Source: an uncultured Chloroflexia bacterium
GTDB lineage: Bacteria; Chloroflexota; Limnocylindria; Limnocylindrales; CSP1-4
NCBI GenBank assembly: GCA_963749705.1
Contig: CAVVNQ010000006.1
Location: 32,001-96,000 of the forward strand
Reading direction: 5' to 3'
Length of the DNA stretch: 64,000 nucleotides
Of the stretch, positions 61,332 to 64,000 are shown piece by piece (the stretch's first letter is position 1; the number at the start of each line of letters is the position of its first letter). A program made the position numbers and the translations under genes. Below the pieces are notes generated by a model. It saw only the letters and a list, made by a program, of their open reading frames with translations, had not been told where the DNA came from and did not search any database.

Positions 61332-62507
61332 CTACAGACCGCCGCGCTCGGCCAGGATCGCCAGCGCATGGTCCATCGCCCGGCGTCCCGTCGCGACGTT
61401 CGCCGCCATCAGCCCGGGCGGCTCCGGGCGGGCCACGCCAACCGGATCCAGCATCGTCGCGGGTGGCGGGCCCTGCTGGTAGCGGGCGGCCTCAGCGGAC
61501 CATCGCTCCCGCCAGCCGGCCGGGGTATCGACGGGAACGGGTCTGTGCGCCTGGGCCAGCCACACCAGCGACCAGGCTCTGGGCACCACGCGATAGACGT
61601 CGTAGCCGCCGCCGCCCGTGGCCAGCCAGCGACCCCCGGCGTGCTCATGGGCAATGCGATCCAGCAGGCGTGCCGCACGATCCATGGCACTCGTCGTCAC
61701 CTCGAGGTGGGCCAGGGGGTCGAACGCGTGACTGTCGCTGCCGTGCTGGGTCACCAGGAGCGTCGGTCGGAACGCCGCCGCGAGCCGCGGCACGACGAGC
61801 TCGATGACCGCCAGCCACGAGGCGTCGGACGAGCCCGGCTCGAGCGGGACGTTCACCGCGCTGCCGTACGCCTCGTGGCCACCGCGGTCGTCGACGAACC
61901 CGGAGCCCGGGAACAGTGCGAGCCCGGTCTCGTGAAACGAGAGCGTGAGCACGTCCCGGTCGTTCCAGAAGATCCCTTCCACGCCGTCGCCGTGATGGAC
62001 GTCGAGGTCGACGTACAGCACGCGATGGCCGGCGTCGCGCGCCCGGAGAATCGCGCAGGCCAGGTCGTTGTAGATGCAGAACCCGCTGGCTCGGGCCGGG
62101 AATGCGTGGTGCAGCCCGCCTCCCGGGTGAAAGGCATGCAGCTGGGCGCCCGACAGGATGTGGTCGATCGCGGCGAGGGAGCCGCCGACGACGGTTGCCG
62201 CGGCCTCGTGCATCCCGTAGAACGCCGGTGTGTCCGAGCTGTCGAAGCCCATCACGGCGGCTGCGTCCGGGTAGTCGGAGAGCGTCCGGACCTCGGCGAC
62301 GTAGTGGCGGTCGTGGACGCGCGCGATCTCGTCATCGGTGGCCGCGACGGGCGCCTCGAAGCTCGTCGCCCCGACGGCCTCGAGGAGGTCGATGCCGGGG
62401 CCGAAGCGCCGAGGCGTGAACGGGTGGTTCAGACCGAAGTCGTAGTCACGCGAGGCGGCGCCGTAGATGACCAGCGGCTGCCCGGGATCCGGGTGCGCGA
62501 AGGGCAT
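61332..62507 (-). CDS. acuC: AcuC-type Zn-dependent protein deacetylase
   Basis: HPF.P.R, GGLHHA, GFCIYND, DLDVHHGDG, DPLAHL, GGGGY. Confidence 0.93.
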   Translation of the reverse strand: MPFAHPDPGQPLVIYGAASRDYDFGLNHPFTPRRFGPGIDLLEAVGATSFEAPVAATDDEIARVHDRHYVAEVRTLSDYPDAAAVMGFDSSDTPAFYGMHEAAATVVGGSLAAIDHILSGAQLHAFHPGGGLHHAFPARASGFCIYNDLACAILRARDAGHRVLYVDLDVHHGDGVEGIFWNDRDVLTLSFHETGLALFPGSGFVDDRGGHEAYGSAVNVPLEPGSSDASWLAVIELVVPRLAAAFRPTLLVTQHGSDSHAFDPLAHLEVTTSAMDRAARLLDRIAHEHAGGRWLATGGGGYDVYRVVPRAWSLVWLAQAHRPVPVDTPAGWRERWSAEAARYQQGPPPATMLDPVGVARPEPPGLMAANVATGRRAMDHALAILAERGGL

Positions 62508-62776
62508 GGTCGTGGATCGAGCTCCTGCTGGGCATGGCGCCTGTCGGGTTACCATCGCGGCGACCTGGACCGGAGCCGACAATGGATCGGAAGGCAGGAG
62601 CAGCATGCCTCACAGCAGCGCGGCCGTCATCCCGTGGACCCTCCGGCCCGGAATCAGGCTCGGTCGGCTCTGGTGCGACGTGGCGGCGGAGGTGACTGTT
62701 GGCTGAAGGTCCCGCCCGGGCTGCTGGACGCCCCGGCAGCGGCCAGGGCGGAGGAACAGCGAGCCAGGAGGCGACC

Positions 62777-64000
62777 ATGCTCGGTGCCGGCGCGGCCAGG
62801 TCCCAGGATCGTGCCCGAGACACGATCCTGCGCGACGGCGCCGCGATCCGGGTCCGCGATGCCGCGGCGGCCGACGAGGCTGACCTCGTCGCCTTCCTGC
62901 AGGGCCTCGACGCCGAGTCCCGGCGCCTCCGGTTCGCGAGCATGGGCACGGACCTCGTGGCGCGCGCGCATCGGTGGGCCACACCCGAGAGCGCCGAGGG
63001 CTGCTCTCTCGTCGCGTTGACCGGGACGACCGACACTGGGTCTGCGGAGATCGGGACAGCCGACCGGATCATCGGCAATGGGAGCTACGACCGCATCGAC
63101 GCCGACTCGGCGGAGGTCGCCTTCGTGGTCGCCGACGATTTCCAGGGCCGCGGCGTCGCCACCCTGCTGCTCGAGGAGCTGGCGCGCCGGGCCAACGAAT
63201 CCGGCATCACCACGTTCGTCGCCGAGGTCCTGCCCGAGAACGTGCGCATGCTCGAGGTGTTCAGGGCGAGCGGCTTCCCGGTTCGCGTTCATGCCGAGCC
63301 CGGATCCATCGACGTGGAGTTCCCGACCGAGCTCACCGGACCCGCCCGTGAGCGGTTCGAGCGGCGGGAGCAGGCAGCGGCCGCGGCGGCCGTCAGGTCG
63401 CTGCTCCACCCGTCGGCCGTCGCCGTAATCGGCGCATCCAGGCGCCGGGGCACCGTCGGCGGCGAGCTCTTCCACAACCTGCTCTCGAGCGGCTTCACCG
63501 GGCCGGTCTACCCCGTCAACCCGGCCGCCGATGTCGTGCAGTCCGTCGCCGCCTACAGATCGGTGCTCGACATTCCGGGGCCGGTCGACCTGGCCGTCAT
63601 CGTCCTGCCCGCCGCAGCCACCCTCGAGGCGGCTCGCGCCTGTGCCGGCAAGGGCGTCAGGAGCGTCATCGTCGTCTCGCCCGGCTTTGCCGAGACAGGC
63701 CCCGAGGGCGTGCAGCGACAGCGCGACCTCGTGGCCGTGTGCCGGAGTGCCGGTATGCGGCTGGTGGGCCCGAACTGCATGGGTGTGATCAACCTCGAGC
63801 CGGAGATCCGCCTCAACGCCACCTTCTCCCCTACCCTGCCGATCGAGGGTCGAGTGGGGTTCCTGTCGCAGAGCGGCGCCCTCGGCCTCGCGATCATCGA
63901 ACACGCGAACCGGCTCGGCCTGGGGCTCGCCAGCTTCATCTCCATCGGCAACAAGGCGGACCTGTCGGGCAATGACTTCCTCCAGTACTGGGAGTCGGAT
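62777..64000 (+). CDS. Protein lysine acetyltransferase (N-terminal GNAT plus CoA-binding/NDP-forming acyl-CoA synthetase domains), truncated by the window edge and absent from the ORF track
   Basis: AGGAGG RBS; ILRDG..IRVR, ESRRLRF, EVAFVVADDFQGRGVA, AVIGAS, YPVNP, GPNCMG, SQSG, GNKAD. Confidence 0.9.
   Translation, partial: MLGAGAARSQDRARDTILRDGAAIRVRDAAAADEADLVAFLQGLDAESRRLRFASMGTDLVARAHRWATPESAEGCSLVALTGTTDTGSAEIGTADRIIGNGSYDRIDADSAEVAFVVADDFQGRGVATLLLEELARRANESGITTFVAEVLPENVRMLEVFRASGFPVRVHAEPGSIDVEFPTELTGPARERFERREQAAAAAAVRSLLHPSAVAVIGASRRRGTVGGELFHNLLSSGFTGPVYPVNPAADVVQSVAAYRSVLDIPGPVDLAVIVLPAAATLEAARACAGKGVRSVIVVSPGFAETGPEGVQRQRDLVAVCRSAGMRLVGPNCMGVINLEPEIRLNATFSPTLPIEGRVGFLSQSGALGLAIIEHANRLGLGLASFISIGNKADLSGNDFLQYWESD

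Noticed and set aside
62605-62706. 33-aa ORF between acuC and pat
   Set aside because: Weak RBS spacing and no recognisable features

Overview
A very GC-rich (roughly 70%+, by eye), gene-dense bacterial window. Taxonomy cannot be fixed from the sequence; gene style suggests a high-GC Chloroflexota or Actinomycetota-like organism (inference). Left to right: carAB with a PyrR-type leader; a SARP/BTAD-ATPase regulator with two small neighbours; an MprAB-PepD-like two-component/HtrA module; yceI; a phosphoribosyltransferase; a molybdate regulator with modAB; a five-gene membrane-bound group 1 [NiFe]-hydrogenase operon ending in a 7-heme c cytochrome; a frameshifted extracellular nuclease; tRNA-Lys(CTT); acyl-CoA metabolism genes (thiolase, hbd, MeaB, split B12 mutase with isobutyryl-CoA-mutase residues, acyl-CoA dehydrogenase); folE; an ECF sigma factor with an Ogt-Ada fusion; and acs-acuC-pat. 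The best candidate for an undescribed system is the hydrogenase operon. All four Ni-Fe cysteines are kept, but the proton-gate Glu, the His-rich motif, a proximal-cluster Cys and the maturation-protease His are all substituted, and the operon carries an extra heme-dense cytochrome. Other highlights are tandem PyrR loops gating a coupled leader ORF, readable MprA-like and SARP-like operator boxes, an XRE-HTH/PD-(D/E)XK gene with flanking palindromes, pervasive leaderless promoters and many micro-duplications. No CRISPR array, integrase or transposase was seen. All family assignments come from motif recognition by eye, not from database searches.
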